A DNA stretch of 64,000 nucleotides from an uncultured Candidatus Saccharibacteria bacterium (GTDB lineage: Bacteria; Patescibacteriota; Minisyncoccia; Phycocordibacterales; CAIZLB01), in assembly GCA_964627085.1 (NCBI GenBank), contig CAZVIP010000002.1, positions 4,416-68,415 on the forward strand, in the 5' to 3' direction. Position 1 is the stretch's first letter; the number at the start of each line of letters is the position of its first letter. Shown here piece after piece: positions 9,138 through 18,614 of the stretch. The notes under the pieces are model-generated. The model ran no database searches. It worked only from the letters and a program-made list of their open reading frames with translations, and was not told the DNA's origin. Made by a program: the position numbers and the translations under genes.

Positions 9138-9623
9138 ATGATCCCACCAATTCCGAGCGATTTGATCCAATTTGGACTTTTTAAAGACTTCAAGGTCCAG
9201 ATACCCTTTCTTGACCAATGGGCCTTCCTCCTAAACAACTTTCACATGCACTTTCCGACAGTTGATGGAGTGTGTGATGGAGAGACAGTAGAAGGACGCG
9301 AGGCTGTCAGTGTAGCTATAAATAAGTTGATAGGTCAATGGGAGAATCCTTTACGTGCATATCTCATCATATACCCTGATCAATTTAACCCACTCGATTG
9401 CTACAGCGACCTTAGACTCTCGCAAAGTTCAAAAGAATTCCATGAAGTCCTCTATGTTGTAGCAGAGAAAGAAGGATTTTCTCGACAGCAACTAAGTGAC
9501 GCCACCGCGCGACGGTATTCTTGGACTATGGAGAGTGACACTAGTAAATGGGTGGAAGTTTTAGCCCCCATCTATATCGCTATGCGCGAGAAGGGTTACT
9601 CACACCGTGACCTGACTGGCTAA
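9138..9623 (+). CDS. hypothetical protein (161 aa)
   Basis: ORF followed by a palindromic terminator; GC elevated. Confidence 0.4.
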   Translation: MIPPIPSDLIQFGLFKDFKVQIPFLDQWAFLLNNFHMHFPTVDGVCDGETVEGREAVSVAINKLIGQWENPLRAYLIIYPDQFNPLDCYSDLRLSQSSKEFHEVLYVVAEKEGFSRQQLSDATARRYSWTMESDTSKWVEVLAPIYIAMREKGYSHRDLTG

Positions 9624-9635
9624 CCAACAAACTAC

Positions 9636-9664
9636 GACCGCCGTTTTTTTTAAAACGGCGGTCT
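9636..9664. terminator. bidirectional terminator (gaccgccgtttttttttaaaacggcggtc)
   Basis: Perfect palindrome with a central T/A run. Confidence 0.6.
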
Positions 9665-10318
9665 AACCATTTTATGAAGTCGAGTTATTTGTAATAATCT
9701 AATCCATGTGTGCGCCACCCCACATCTCTATCCTAGCACCATACACAGCCTCAATTGAAGTATTTTTTGTCTTGTTGATTGAACTATTCCCAAATGACAG
9801 TTTTGTTGCAACCGACTATGCCATCGTTACGCCATTTTCTCCGTAAATATTTGCCCTCTCTATTTTAATGTCGCCGTTTTGAGCCAAAAAGCTAATTATT
9901 TTAGCAGATGTATTTGTATTATTAATATTCAACTCACTATTTAATTTTGTTATAGCATTAATATATTTATATTTAATGTTTTTAAATAGTTCAACCATCC
10001 TTCTTGAAAGATATATCTTGCTAATTACCACCTAATTAATCCAATAATAGCAGTTACTACATAAAAAACTGCAATACCGAAAAAGACCATCTTTTATCGA
10101 TTATTGCCCAACCAGCGAAAAGTAGTGCTGATATTAAAAGCAATGTAAAACCTAATATTTCATTTCTTGTATTTGATGCAAGTAAGAGTGCATATATTAT
10201 ATGCAAGAAAAGAACCGATGAATTCAAATATGGTAGTTATCTTGTTTTTGTTCATATTGTATTATGAGTATAAAAAACTTTAACCCTTCTCGAGTGCTCG
10301 AACTATCAATCTAAATTT

Positions 10319-10399
10319 TGTGCGTCGCTCGCACAAGTGTATTTTGCTCCAAGTTTTCGCAAAATACTGAGTGCGCCGACATCACGATTTTATAGTCGC
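10319..10399. repeat. 81-bp perfect direct repeat, copy 2
   Basis: Identical to 8748..8828. Confidence 0.85.
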
Positions 10400-10535
10400 A
10401 TCGCGGAGCTATGCTCCTTAAAATCTGTGAGCCTTCTCGAGATAGAACCAAATGGTTCATTGCTGGGTAAGGTTATTTTTAATGTTTTCATATATCACGA
10501 CGACCCTTCTCGTGCGTACCTTATCTAATACCTAA

Positions 10536-10958
10536 TCAAACTCCAACTACCCACCCATCAGGCTTACCAATATCACCACAGAGCTCAACAAGTGTTTGTT
10601 GAAATTCAATCACAGCTTCATATGTAGGTATCATAGTGTGACTAATAGTAACTGTCCAACTATTCCAAAAGTCTTTATTTTCTACTGATATAACCTCACC
10701 TTCTTTATACCCACCATTATGTTTAATATTTAGTGTATCAGCTAAATTTACCGCTTTTAATTTTTCAGCAATAACTTTTGCATTCTCATCATCTTTTACC
10801 AAGATGGAAAACTCAAACTCTATAGGATTGGCCATATCAACACCGTCGTCTGCAATTCTTCTCAAAGCATCTCCATCAGCATCATTTGGGTATTGAAATT
10901 TACCAACAAAAACCGGAGGTGTTACTGTTTTTTTCTTAAAAAAATTAAATATAGACAT
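10536..10958 (-). CDS. hypothetical protein (140 aa)
   Basis: Intact ORF; no recognised motif. Confidence 0.45.
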   Translation of the reverse strand: MSIFNFFKKKTVTPPVFVGKFQYPNDADGDALRRIADDGVDMANPIEFEFSILVKDDENAKVIAEKLKAVNLADTLNIKHNGGYKEGEVISVENKDFWNSWTVTISHTMIPTYEAVIEFQQTLVELCGDIGKPDGWVVGV

Positions 10959-11026
10959 GTTGTATATACACTATATCATAACTTTTTGATTCCACCCTTA
11001 TCGAGTGCTCACACCACATCTTCTCT

Positions 11027-11101
11027 TGGTGACCCTACCGGGAGTCGAACCCGGCTTTAAGCATTGAGAACGCTTCGTCCTAACCGATAGACGATAGGGC
11101 C
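11027..11101 (-). tRNA. tRNA-Glu (anticodon CUC)
   Basis: Minus-strand sequence GGCCCTATCGTCTATCGGTTAGGACGAAGCGTTCTCAATGCTTAAAGCCGGGTTCGACTCCCGGTAGGGTCACCA folds as a cloverleaf: 7-bp acceptor stem, D-loop AUCGGUUAG typical of tRNA-Glu, anticodon loop UUCUCAA, T-arm CCGGG-TTCGACT-CCCGG, encoded CCA. Confidence 0.8.
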
Positions 11102-11162
11102 ATATACACAGCAAATCTACATGTGTATGCAAGTATTGTACTGATTTTATGGAAAAAATAAA

Positions 11163-11187
11163 GGCCGTGTACGACATGTACATGGCC
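11163..11187 (-). terminator. terminator hairpin ggccgtgtac..gtacatggcc followed by a T run on the minus strand
   Basis: Imperfect 10-bp inverted repeat; T-rich 3' flank on the minus strand, downstream of the 11253 gene. Confidence 0.45.
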
Positions 11188-11252
11188 AATATTACTAATC
11201 TATAGACCCTGGTGATAGACAGTGTGATCGGAGTGCTCGGGGTCCTTGCTCT

Positions 11253-11462
11253 TTAACCCAAATAATACTTCTTCACATCAAGTAAAATCTTTGACTCATC
11301 ACCTGTTCCCTGTTTTTGCATAATGTCTATGAGTTCGTTGATTTCGAGCCATCTAATTTCACTCACCGACTCAGGACATGTGAGGTCTCTCACTTCATCA
11401 ATAGATAATAAATCGCAGACGAGGTATGGGAAGGTTTTTTGAACCATTTCGCGTCTACGCAC
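11253..11462 (-). CDS. small hypothetical protein (69 aa)
   Basis: ORF with a downstream terminator; could be a gene fragment. Confidence 0.3.
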   Translation of the reverse strand: MRRREMVQKTFPYLVCDLLSIDEVRDLTCPESVSEIRWLEINELIDIMQKQGTGDESKILLDVKKYYLG

Positions 11463-11659
11463 AAATGCATTAGCACATCTACACCCATCTATTTACAAAA
11501 CTGAATTATATGGCAATATATCAGCAGAAGTACTTTGCCAGCATTGTGAAAAACACTTTTCGCAAATAGTACAGACAACCAACAAAAACAATATAAATAG
11601 TCATTTCAGGTTTTCGTCCGCTGGCATGCGGATAACTTTGAGTGATAGGAGGACAAAAT

Positions 11660-12253
11660 ATGAGTGAAAAAGTTGATAGAAATGAGGCAAGGATTGCCGC
11701 TCAAAATGCAGCAGATGGCATCACAGATGACGGCTCGCAAGGAGATGTTGTTGATTTTGGCACTGATGCAGCTTTTGAGAAGGAATTAGCTTATGAGGAC
11801 GCACCAGACACTGAGGACGTTGCTGACTCTATGCCATTCACCGGCAAATGCATACAAAACATCTGTATTGCCTCAACTGCGCCACAGCAGACAGCTGATT
11901 GGATTATCGAAAACTTTGATGGTCGCACAGTGCGTGCCGCAAAAGGTTTTACCCCAATCATTGTGCAGCCCGCACTGGGGGCCATGTTTACACTTGAAAT
12001 TATCAAGGCAGGACCCTTTGGTAATGTTGAACCCCAACACAACTACTTCGGGCTCAATTTCACTAAAAAGGAAGAGTTCGACAATGCGTGCAAATGGCTT
12101 GTCAGTCGTCGCGATACCACAGAGGAACACTCAGTATCAGATGCTGCTGGCAATATCTTTACACTTTACAGAATCCCCGGTGAAGCAGGGGTTTGCGTAA
12201 GGTTTTGGGTAAAGCCATTTGCAGTGTTGCCGATCTTTGTGCCACCGGCTTAA
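11660..12253 (+). CDS. hypothetical protein with acidic N-terminus, GC-rich
   Basis: GGAGG RBS 7 nt upstream of ATG (MSEKV); GC markedly above window average; weak VOC-like beta-strand pattern only. Confidence 0.45.
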   Translation: MSEKVDRNEARIAAQNAADGITDDGSQGDVVDFGTDAAFEKELAYEDAPDTEDVADSMPFTGKCIQNICIASTAPQQTADWIIENFDGRTVRAAKGFTPIIVQPALGAMFTLEIIKAGPFGNVEPQHNYFGLNFTKKEEFDNACKWLVSRRDTTEEHSVSDAAGNIFTLYRIPGEAGVCVRFWVKPFAVLPIFVPPA

Positions 12254-12396
12254 GGAATTTCCAAGGAGATATATATACAGAGACTTTGGCAGATCCAAAA
12301 TGCAGCATCACCATTTAAAAAACCACACCCCTCGCGGAGCAACTGCTTCTGCGAGGGGTTTACCATTTACTGCTTACAGTGATTTTGTTTCTAGGT

Positions 12397-14112
12397 CTAT
12401 CTATCCGGTGGTAATTCAAAATGATTTATCAAAAACTTTGTGAGTTCGATAAATGGCTTTGCCAAAGTCTCAGAGGCATAACTGACACCCTTTGGGTTGA
12501 TTGTATAAATAAATATGAGGAATCTTGGATTATATGCAGGGAGAAAGCCGACAAATGAATGCTGTACGCGACTTTCATCATATGTCCCCTGTGCAGTTAC
12601 TGTCTGTGCAGTTCCTGTTTTTGCACCTACTGCATATCTGTCATTTTTTGCTTTGCCATCTAGGAGTGAATTGTCGACATTGTAGACCATCATATCTGTG
12701 ACTGCTCGCGCCGTTTCGGGCTTGATAATTTGCGCGCCGAAATCAGGCTTCACTTCCTTACTACTACCAATTTTGTAATTTATCTTTTTGACGACACGTG
12801 GATTAACCAGTTTTCCATTGTTTGCAATTGCTGTGTATGCACGCACAAGCTCAACTGGAGACATGGCAATTCCTTGTCCAAAAGATGCTGTCGCATATTC
12901 AATATCTCTATCTGTGAGAAGATTTTTGACAAGACCCGACGCTTCATTCGGTAAATCGATATTTGTTTTTTCACCAATACCGTATTTAAGGAAATAATCT
13001 CGCATGGCATCATTACCTACTTGCTGTGCTACATAGATGAAACCTGTGTTAAGAGACTTTGAAAGTGCGTACTGAAGTGTAATCACACCACGACCCTTCT
13101 TATCAAAGTTATACATGGTTTTATTATTGAGGGTCACTGAACCGGCATCGTTATATTTTGTATTTGCATTCACCTTCCCGGTATCGATACCGACTGACAA
13201 TGTGAGAGGCTTCACCACAGACCCCATTTCGTATACATCTTCCACGAGACTATTTGAAAATACCGCAGGGTCTTTAACATCCTTTAAATTATTTGGATCA
13301 AATGTTGGATATAGTCCCATGGCAATAATTTCGCCAGTTTTTGGGTCCATAATTATGGCACCGGTCTTTTCTGAACTATATTGCTTATTGATTTGAGCAA
13401 GCATTTGCTCAAGATATTGCTCAGTGTCAGGCTCGATAGTTGTGATGATGTCCCCTTCAAATTTTTCATCACTCAAGACTGTCTTTTTAATATTAGAAAA
13501 AATCTCTGCAAAAAAGTTCACATATGCCCCCTCAGTGTTTCGTGCAAGTGTTCCATCAAATGATCGCTCAAGACCATATCTACCGCCAAACTGATTTTCT
13601 TTGTCATATCCCATGAGCCCAAGGACATGTGCCGCAAGGCTTCCTCCTGGATAAAAGCGCCATTTATCCTTAAAGACACTCACACCTGGGATTTTTGCAG
13701 CGGCGACTTTTTCTCCAATTTTTTCATCGATCTTGCGTCGCACTTCCTCATATGTGTCATTTTGTTTATTTGCACGCATAGAAAAATCTTCATAGCTCAA
13801 GTTTGGGATTTGCTCAGCGAGTTTTGAATAAACAAAATCAGTACCAGCTTTTTGAACCAGTTTTGGATTGATTGAAATTATAAAACCCGTCTTGACTGTT
13901 GCAGCTGAAACAAGACCTCCACTTTTTTCAGTAAAATAGATGGTCCCACGATTAAAAATATTTCCACTTGGACTTTGATATTGTCTGTCTGCTCTTTCTG
14001 CAAAATCTCCCCCATTTACAATCTGTACCATGTAGAGCTTAATCACAAGGACAAAAGCGACACATAAAATCATCACAGACAAAATCCTAATTCGACCTTT
14101 TGAGGCATTCAT
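12397..14112 (-). CDS. ftsI: penicillin-binding protein / peptidoglycan D,D-transpeptidase FtsI-like
   Basis: N-terminal TM anchor, SxxK (GSVVKP) and KTG (GAKTGTAQ) motifs; position in the mraZ-rsmH-ftsL-ftsI order. Confidence 0.8.
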   Translation of the reverse strand: MNASKGRIRILSVMILCVAFVLVIKLYMVQIVNGGDFAERADRQYQSPSGNIFNRGTIYFTEKSGGLVSAATVKTGFIISINPKLVQKAGTDFVYSKLAEQIPNLSYEDFSMRANKQNDTYEEVRRKIDEKIGEKVAAAKIPGVSVFKDKWRFYPGGSLAAHVLGLMGYDKENQFGGRYGLERSFDGTLARNTEGAYVNFFAEIFSNIKKTVLSDEKFEGDIITTIEPDTEQYLEQMLAQINKQYSSEKTGAIIMDPKTGEIIAMGLYPTFDPNNLKDVKDPAVFSNSLVEDVYEMGSVVKPLTLSVGIDTGKVNANTKYNDAGSVTLNNKTMYNFDKKGRGVITLQYALSKSLNTGFIYVAQQVGNDAMRDYFLKYGIGEKTNIDLPNEASGLVKNLLTDRDIEYATASFGQGIAMSPVELVRAYTAIANNGKLVNPRVVKKINYKIGSSKEVKPDFGAQIIKPETARAVTDMMVYNVDNSLLDGKAKNDRYAVGAKTGTAQTVTAQGTYDESRVQHSFVGFLPAYNPRFLIFIYTINPKGVSYASETLAKPFIELTKFLINHFELPPDR

Positions 14113-14229
14113 ATCAGACTATTTTAGCATAATTTTAAAATATTTTTATCACCAAATTTAAATCAAATAAAGATAAATTCGTGCTTTGTGCTCTTTTTCA
14201 TTTTCTACTATATAATTGATAATTATATT

Positions 14230-14724
14230 ATGAAAACTTCACATCAATTCCTCACTGCTTTTATAGTGCTTATCATTATGTTTGTATTTGGGCTCTTTCA
14301 ATCAAAAAAAGATGCGAATATCGGACTTGATGATGTGGTCACAGTTGCAAAAAGTTCACAGCTCAAGGCGGTTCAAGACAAAATCTCTGAAATGAAAAAA
14401 AGTATTGTAGTCGACAATCTAGAACCCCTCAATGAAATCACACTCCCTCTTACCATCAACGGCAAGGCAGTCGGAGGTTGGTATTCAGGTGGTAATTTTG
14501 ATATTTTAATTTTGGATGAAAGCGGCCACCAGCTCGCGACCTCAACCGCCACCGCAGAATCTGAATGGCTCACAACCGACTTCGTCAATTTCAAGGCAGT
14601 GATCGAATTTGTTCCACATGACCCCACACTTTCTACAGTAGACAACAAAACACCCATGATTATTGTCTTCAAAGGAGCAAATCAGGAATCAATCGAGATA
14701 CCCCTATTCCTTATATCAAAATAA
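14230..14724 (+). CDS. membrane-anchored protein with Ig-like (Gmad2-type) domain
   Basis: N-terminal TM segment and a beta-rich C-terminal domain with GGWYSGGNFDILILDESGHQL; opposite strand inside the dcw cluster. Confidence 0.4.
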   Translation: MKTSHQFLTAFIVLIIMFVFGLFQSKKDANIGLDDVVTVAKSSQLKAVQDKISEMKKSIVVDNLEPLNEITLPLTINGKAVGGWYSGGNFDILILDESGHQLATSTATAESEWLTTDFVNFKAVIEFVPHDPTLSTVDNKTPMIIVFKGANQESIEIPLFLISK

Positions 14725-14779
14725 TTCGGCTGTCGTAGTTGAGACAAACACCAAAACATCTCAAGATTTTTTCGCAAGA

Positions 14780-15103
14780 CTATCGAATAGCAACGTTTGG
14801 TGCAGGCTTCGCGAGAGTGACGAAGTGTGTCTTTTGAGATGCAGTTACGAATCCGAGATTACTGGCGAGCTCTAGAGTTACCGCTCCTTTTGCACTGATA
14901 TATTCAAATTCTTTTTCACTGAGTTCAGAACTGAGAGTTGCAATTTGTGTTTCAATTTTTTCTTTTGCCACAGCATTCATCACAGTCTTATATACAAGGC
15001 CCACATACAAAGAAGCAAAGATGGCACAAAGCACTGCGAGTGTATAAAAAATTGTTTTTGATTTGTCTTCTACTTTTCGTACTATGTGTGATGCGTGGTT
15101 CAT
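14780..15103 (-). CDS. ftsL: FtsL-like cell division protein (single TM plus coiled coil)
   Basis: About 107 aa, one TM, coiled-coil periplasmic part; lies between rsmH and ftsI. Confidence 0.45.
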   Translation of the reverse strand: MNHASHIVRKVEDKSKTIFYTLAVLCAIFASLYVGLVYKTVMNAVAKEKIETQIATLSSELSEKEFEYISAKGAVTLELASNLGFVTASQKTHFVTLAKPAPNVAIR

Positions 15104-15124
15104 GTTTTTGTGTGTAATAATGTG

Positions 15125-16102
15125 CTAATTTTTTGTGATGATTCGAAGTTTGGCGCTTCGTGATCGTGGGTTATCCCTTTGCTCGTCTTCGGTTGGGATC
15201 GTCGGTTTTTTTGTGATTTCTGTGATTTTGTCCTCTTTGCTCCACTGCTTAAAATATTGTTTGACGATTCGATCTTCGAGGCTGTGATATGAGATGACAA
15301 TCAATTTTCCTCCTGGCTTCAACAATGGATATGATTTTTCAATTGCGATTCGCAAATGTTCTAATTCATTGTTTACTGCGATTCGGAGTGCTTGGAATGT
15401 CTTTGTGGCAGGATGTGTCTTATGCTTTGGTCCATTTTTGGTAAAGCGCAATCCACCCTTACCCAACTTCCCTTCAATGACTTCTGCAAGTGCGCGACTT
15501 GTCATAATTGGTGCTTTGTCTCTTGCTTCGACAATCGCTTTTGCAATTTTTCGAGCCAGAGTATCTTCACCGTATGCATAGATGACATTTGCAATATCCT
15601 CTTCATCCCATCCATTGACTATGTCGCTGGCATTGAAGGCATAATCGGTGTTGGCACCGAATGTCATATGAAGAGGCTCGTCCTCTCGGAAAGTAAATCC
15701 TTTACCTGAACCAATTAGGTCATACGTACTGAGTCCGAGGTCAAATAATATGACATCGATGCTCTCGCTTCCGTAGCCTCTTTTCTCCAGTTCTATATCC
15801 ATAGCGCTAAAATTCGCATGAATTGGAACCAAGACACTGAGTTCAGATTCAGAAAGTGATTCTCGAAGATAATTTTTTGTTCTCTCTATCGCATCACTAT
15901 CAAGATCGAATCCGAATATGGTGATATCCTTGCCATATTTTTTGATGATGGCTTCGCTGTGGCCACCATCGCCAAGATTACAGTCCACCACGACTGCACC
16001 CTTTTGTAGGTCAAGAATATCTACTATTTCATGTAAAAGTACTGGTTTATGCCGTTCGCCGATGTGATGGATATTTTCAGTATTTCTGGTTGTATCTGTC
16101 AT
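15125..16102 (-). CDS. rsmH: 16S rRNA (cytosine1402-N4)-methyltransferase RsmH (MraW)
   Basis: HKPVLLHEIVDIL..VVDCNLGDGGHS N-terminal signature; follows mraZ. Confidence 0.85.
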   Translation of the reverse strand: MTDTTRNTENIHHIGERHKPVLLHEIVDILDLQKGAVVVDCNLGDGGHSEAIIKKYGKDITIFGFDLDSDAIERTKNYLRESLSESELSVLVPIHANFSAMDIELEKRGYGSESIDVILFDLGLSTYDLIGSGKGFTFREDEPLHMTFGANTDYAFNASDIVNGWDEEDIANVIYAYGEDTLARKIAKAIVEARDKAPIMTSRALAEVIEGKLGKGGLRFTKNGPKHKTHPATKTFQALRIAVNNELEHLRIAIEKSYPLLKPGGKLIVISYHSLEDRIVKQYFKQWSKEDKITEITKKPTIPTEDEQRDNPRSRSAKLRIITKN

Positions 16103-16129
16103 AAATTTCTGTATTAGCCTGCAATTGGA

Positions 16130-16564
16130 TTAGATAACACCGATTTCACCGAGCTTCTCAGCAAGCTGATCAGCAGATTTGAGGATGCGAGTTTTGTACT
16201 CTTTCCACTTATCTTCATTCCACACTTCGACTCTGCTATGAACTCCTGCAAACACCACTTTGCCCTGAAGCCCTGCATATTCCCGCAAAAATTCTGGGAT
16301 AAGAATTCTACCATTTGAATCGATTTCAAGTTCCACCGCTCCGGCTAACATGATTCGATTGAAACCTCTAGAATCCGCTGCACCCATTGATAACCCACCA
16401 AGCTTGCCTGCAATGACCGCCCATTCCTTCATTGTGTAAAGAAAAAGACAATTATCGAGACCGTGTGTAATCACCACTTGTTTACCAAGCTCTTTTCGGA
16501 ATTTTGCTGGAAGCGAAATTCTTTTTTTCTCATCTTGTGTATGTGTATATTCTCCGATGAGCAT
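16130..16564 (-). CDS. mraZ: transcriptional regulator MraZ
   Basis: Duplicated MraZ domain, about 144 aa, directly upstream of rsmH. Confidence 0.85.
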   Translation of the reverse strand: MLIGEYTHTQDEKKRISLPAKFRKELGKQVVITHGLDNCLFLYTMKEWAVIAGKLGGLSMGAADSRGFNRIMLAGAVELEIDSNGRILIPEFLREYAGLQGKVVFAGVHSRVEVWNEDKWKEYKTRILKSADQLAEKLGEIGVI

Positions 16565-16881
16565 AAGCTTGATAATATGGCTAATTTAAAGGGTAAATCT
16601 GAATCTTTGCTTTATTGTTTCGCACTATTTTTGCGCGATTTTGCACGATTCTGGCGAAATTTTTCACTATCTTCGTGCAAATTTCGGCGAGAGTATTGTG
16701 TTTTTTCTCAGTTTTTTGAAAAAAGAGAATTTACCACTTCATCCCACCTATAAACATTTTATACCACTCTACTACCCTTTGCAAACACATTTATGCACAC
16801 CTAAAAATAAAAAACCTTTTTCACGTTGCGAGTACGCAAAAGAAAAGGGCTTTTTTGTTTTTAGGTGTGAATATAGCAAAT

Positions 16882-16915
16882 CCCCCCCGCACAGCTTGCG
16901 CTGTGCGGGGGGGGG
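16882..16915 (-). terminator. very GC-rich hairpin (c7gcacagc-ttgc-gctgtgcg7) terminating the 17000..17665 gene
   Basis: 14-bp perfect stem; A/T-rich flank on the minus strand. Confidence 0.55.
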
Positions 16916-16999
16916 TGAAGATTACTCAATCGAAACGTGAATTGCGATTGATCGTATGAAAGCTACCGGTAATGGCACTGCAGTATCCATCATGGTGCG

Positions 17000-17665
17000 T
17001 TATGCTGCACACTGAGAGACCCAGAGACTTGTTCCGGCCGGCCAAAAGTTCTCAGGACATTCCCCGTGAGTTGTGCGATGGTAAGTGATCGCCCACCCAG
17101 GTTGATTCGCGTCCGTGCAATCCTCGATCACAGAGATAATTCCACTTAACCGTATCGGGATCGAGTTTGCTTTTGCAGAACTCGATGCCTTAGGCGGTGG
17201 TTCTTGGACATAAAAAATGTTCGGCATCCCCACCTCGAGGACCGAACCTTGCACGGGGCGAGGCTGGATCTTTAGACATTGCCATACATGATAGAGAGTA
17301 ACAAAGCTTTCATTCCGCTGAGTAGCAGGAATGATACCGTTACCTCCGCAATCAATAGCGGGCTTTGTTGTGCGATAGCGGGCGCAGTGTAAATAATCTG
17401 CACCTGTCAATTTGTAAACATCACGAGGGCATACCCTGTGCAAATACTCGACAAATTCAGGGCTCATATATGTGATACAAACCCCGGACTGGCCGATACC
17501 AACTTTGAAGCAATCGCCAGGGTTAAAGATACCTGGCCCGACACCGATGCTTCCTGGGTCAATTTTGACACCCATGACACTGAGCAGCGGGACCTGTGCG
17601 ATTACCTCTTGCGATACTGTCGGAGGTGCTTCCATGCGGAAGTAATGACTTTTACTTTTGCTCAT
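17000..17665 (-). CDS. hypothetical Cys-rich protein (221 aa), GC-rich compositional outlier
   Basis: Long ORF with a strong terminator; roughly 55% GC against a ~37% background; 10 Cys residues. Confidence 0.45.
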   Translation of the reverse strand: MSKSKSHYFRMEAPPTVSQEVIAQVPLLSVMGVKIDPGSIGVGPGIFNPGDCFKVGIGQSGVCITYMSPEFVEYLHRVCPRDVYKLTGADYLHCARYRTTKPAIDCGGNGIIPATQRNESFVTLYHVWQCLKIQPRPVQGSVLEVGMPNIFYVQEPPPKASSSAKANSIPIRLSGIISVIEDCTDANQPGWAITYHRTTHGECPENFWPAGTSLWVSQCAA

Positions 17666-17910
17666 TTTGAGCCTTTCTTTCTATTTTTGTTGATGTGAAT
17701 ACAGCTGGTAGGTATTACCGGGCTGTTGTTGGAACTGAATTTTCACAGGAAAAGAATGACTTACCCATTGAATTCTGTTTAGATTATGTAGATACAAGCG
17801 TGTATTGTCAATACCCCGTAATGGTTCAACACCTTGGAATCACCCCATTGATTTAAGATATGAACATTGGATATCCCCGACAATTAGACGTTCCCTTCTC
17901 TATTTCTGCA

Positions 17911-18582
17911 CTATTTCTGTGCTTTCACGAAAGCTGGAGCGATTTCGCCGGCCTCTGACACATGCTTTGAAACTGCAAGATTAGCAATGGTTGCATAGCT
18001 GATTGCGATAGCGCCACAAACTACATATGTGAAAAATAAATCACCGAAAAATGAATTTCTGAGGAATGGTAGTCCTGCAATATATGATGCGCCAAGTCCG
18101 TTTATATTTTTTGGATAAAGAGTTCCGAAAAACCACACAGCCCAATTAGTGAGGACAAAAAATGAGATTGTACTTAGTGTTGATGCGATAGTTGTTTTTG
18201 CAAAGAAAGCCATTAAGGTGTTTTTTGTATTTTTTCCTGAGATATTTCTTTTGCTTACTGGTTCGTTTGACAATGCATCTGCTGGCTGACCAGACACTCT
18301 ATTGGCGATATGACTTGATATATATACAGCAAGAACCATCCCGACATATACACTTGTCATAATAAATGGATTATAAAATCCGATAAAAATGTCACTAAGG
18401 AGCATGGCGATCAAAGGCACAATAATTGCTAATTTACCACGTAGATACATTCCTGAGGCAATCGCAACAGCGCCCGCTGCTGTGACATTCCATACATGTG
18501 GCATGAGCCTTGTCACAAATGCAACAATAATTAATGCGAGTGATGTGATTATTTCTTTTCTGTATTTCATCATGTAGTTCAT
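17911..18582 (-). CDS. polytopic membrane protein, ECF-transporter S-component-like (candidate cobalamin-specific)
   Basis: 6 hydrophobic segments, about 220 aa, MPHVWNVTAAGAVAIASG motif resembling S-component N-termini; 32 bp downstream of the surface protein gene on the same strand. Confidence 0.45.
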   Translation of the reverse strand: MNYMMKYRKEIITSLALIIVAFVTRLMPHVWNVTAAGAVAIASGMYLRGKLAIIVPLIAMLLSDIFIGFYNPFIMTSVYVGMVLAVYISSHIANRVSGQPADALSNEPVSKRNISGKNTKNTLMAFFAKTTIASTLSTISFFVLTNWAVWFFGTLYPKNINGLGASYIAGLPFLRNSFFGDLFFTYVVCGAIAISYATIANLAVSKHVSEAGEIAPAFVKAQK

Positions 18583-18614
18583 AGTGTTTTTCTGTAATAT
18601 TCTCTTTATACCAT

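Noticed and set aside
10998-11189. 63-aa minus-strand ORF
   Set aside because: Overlaps the tRNA-Glu gene. Treated as spurious.
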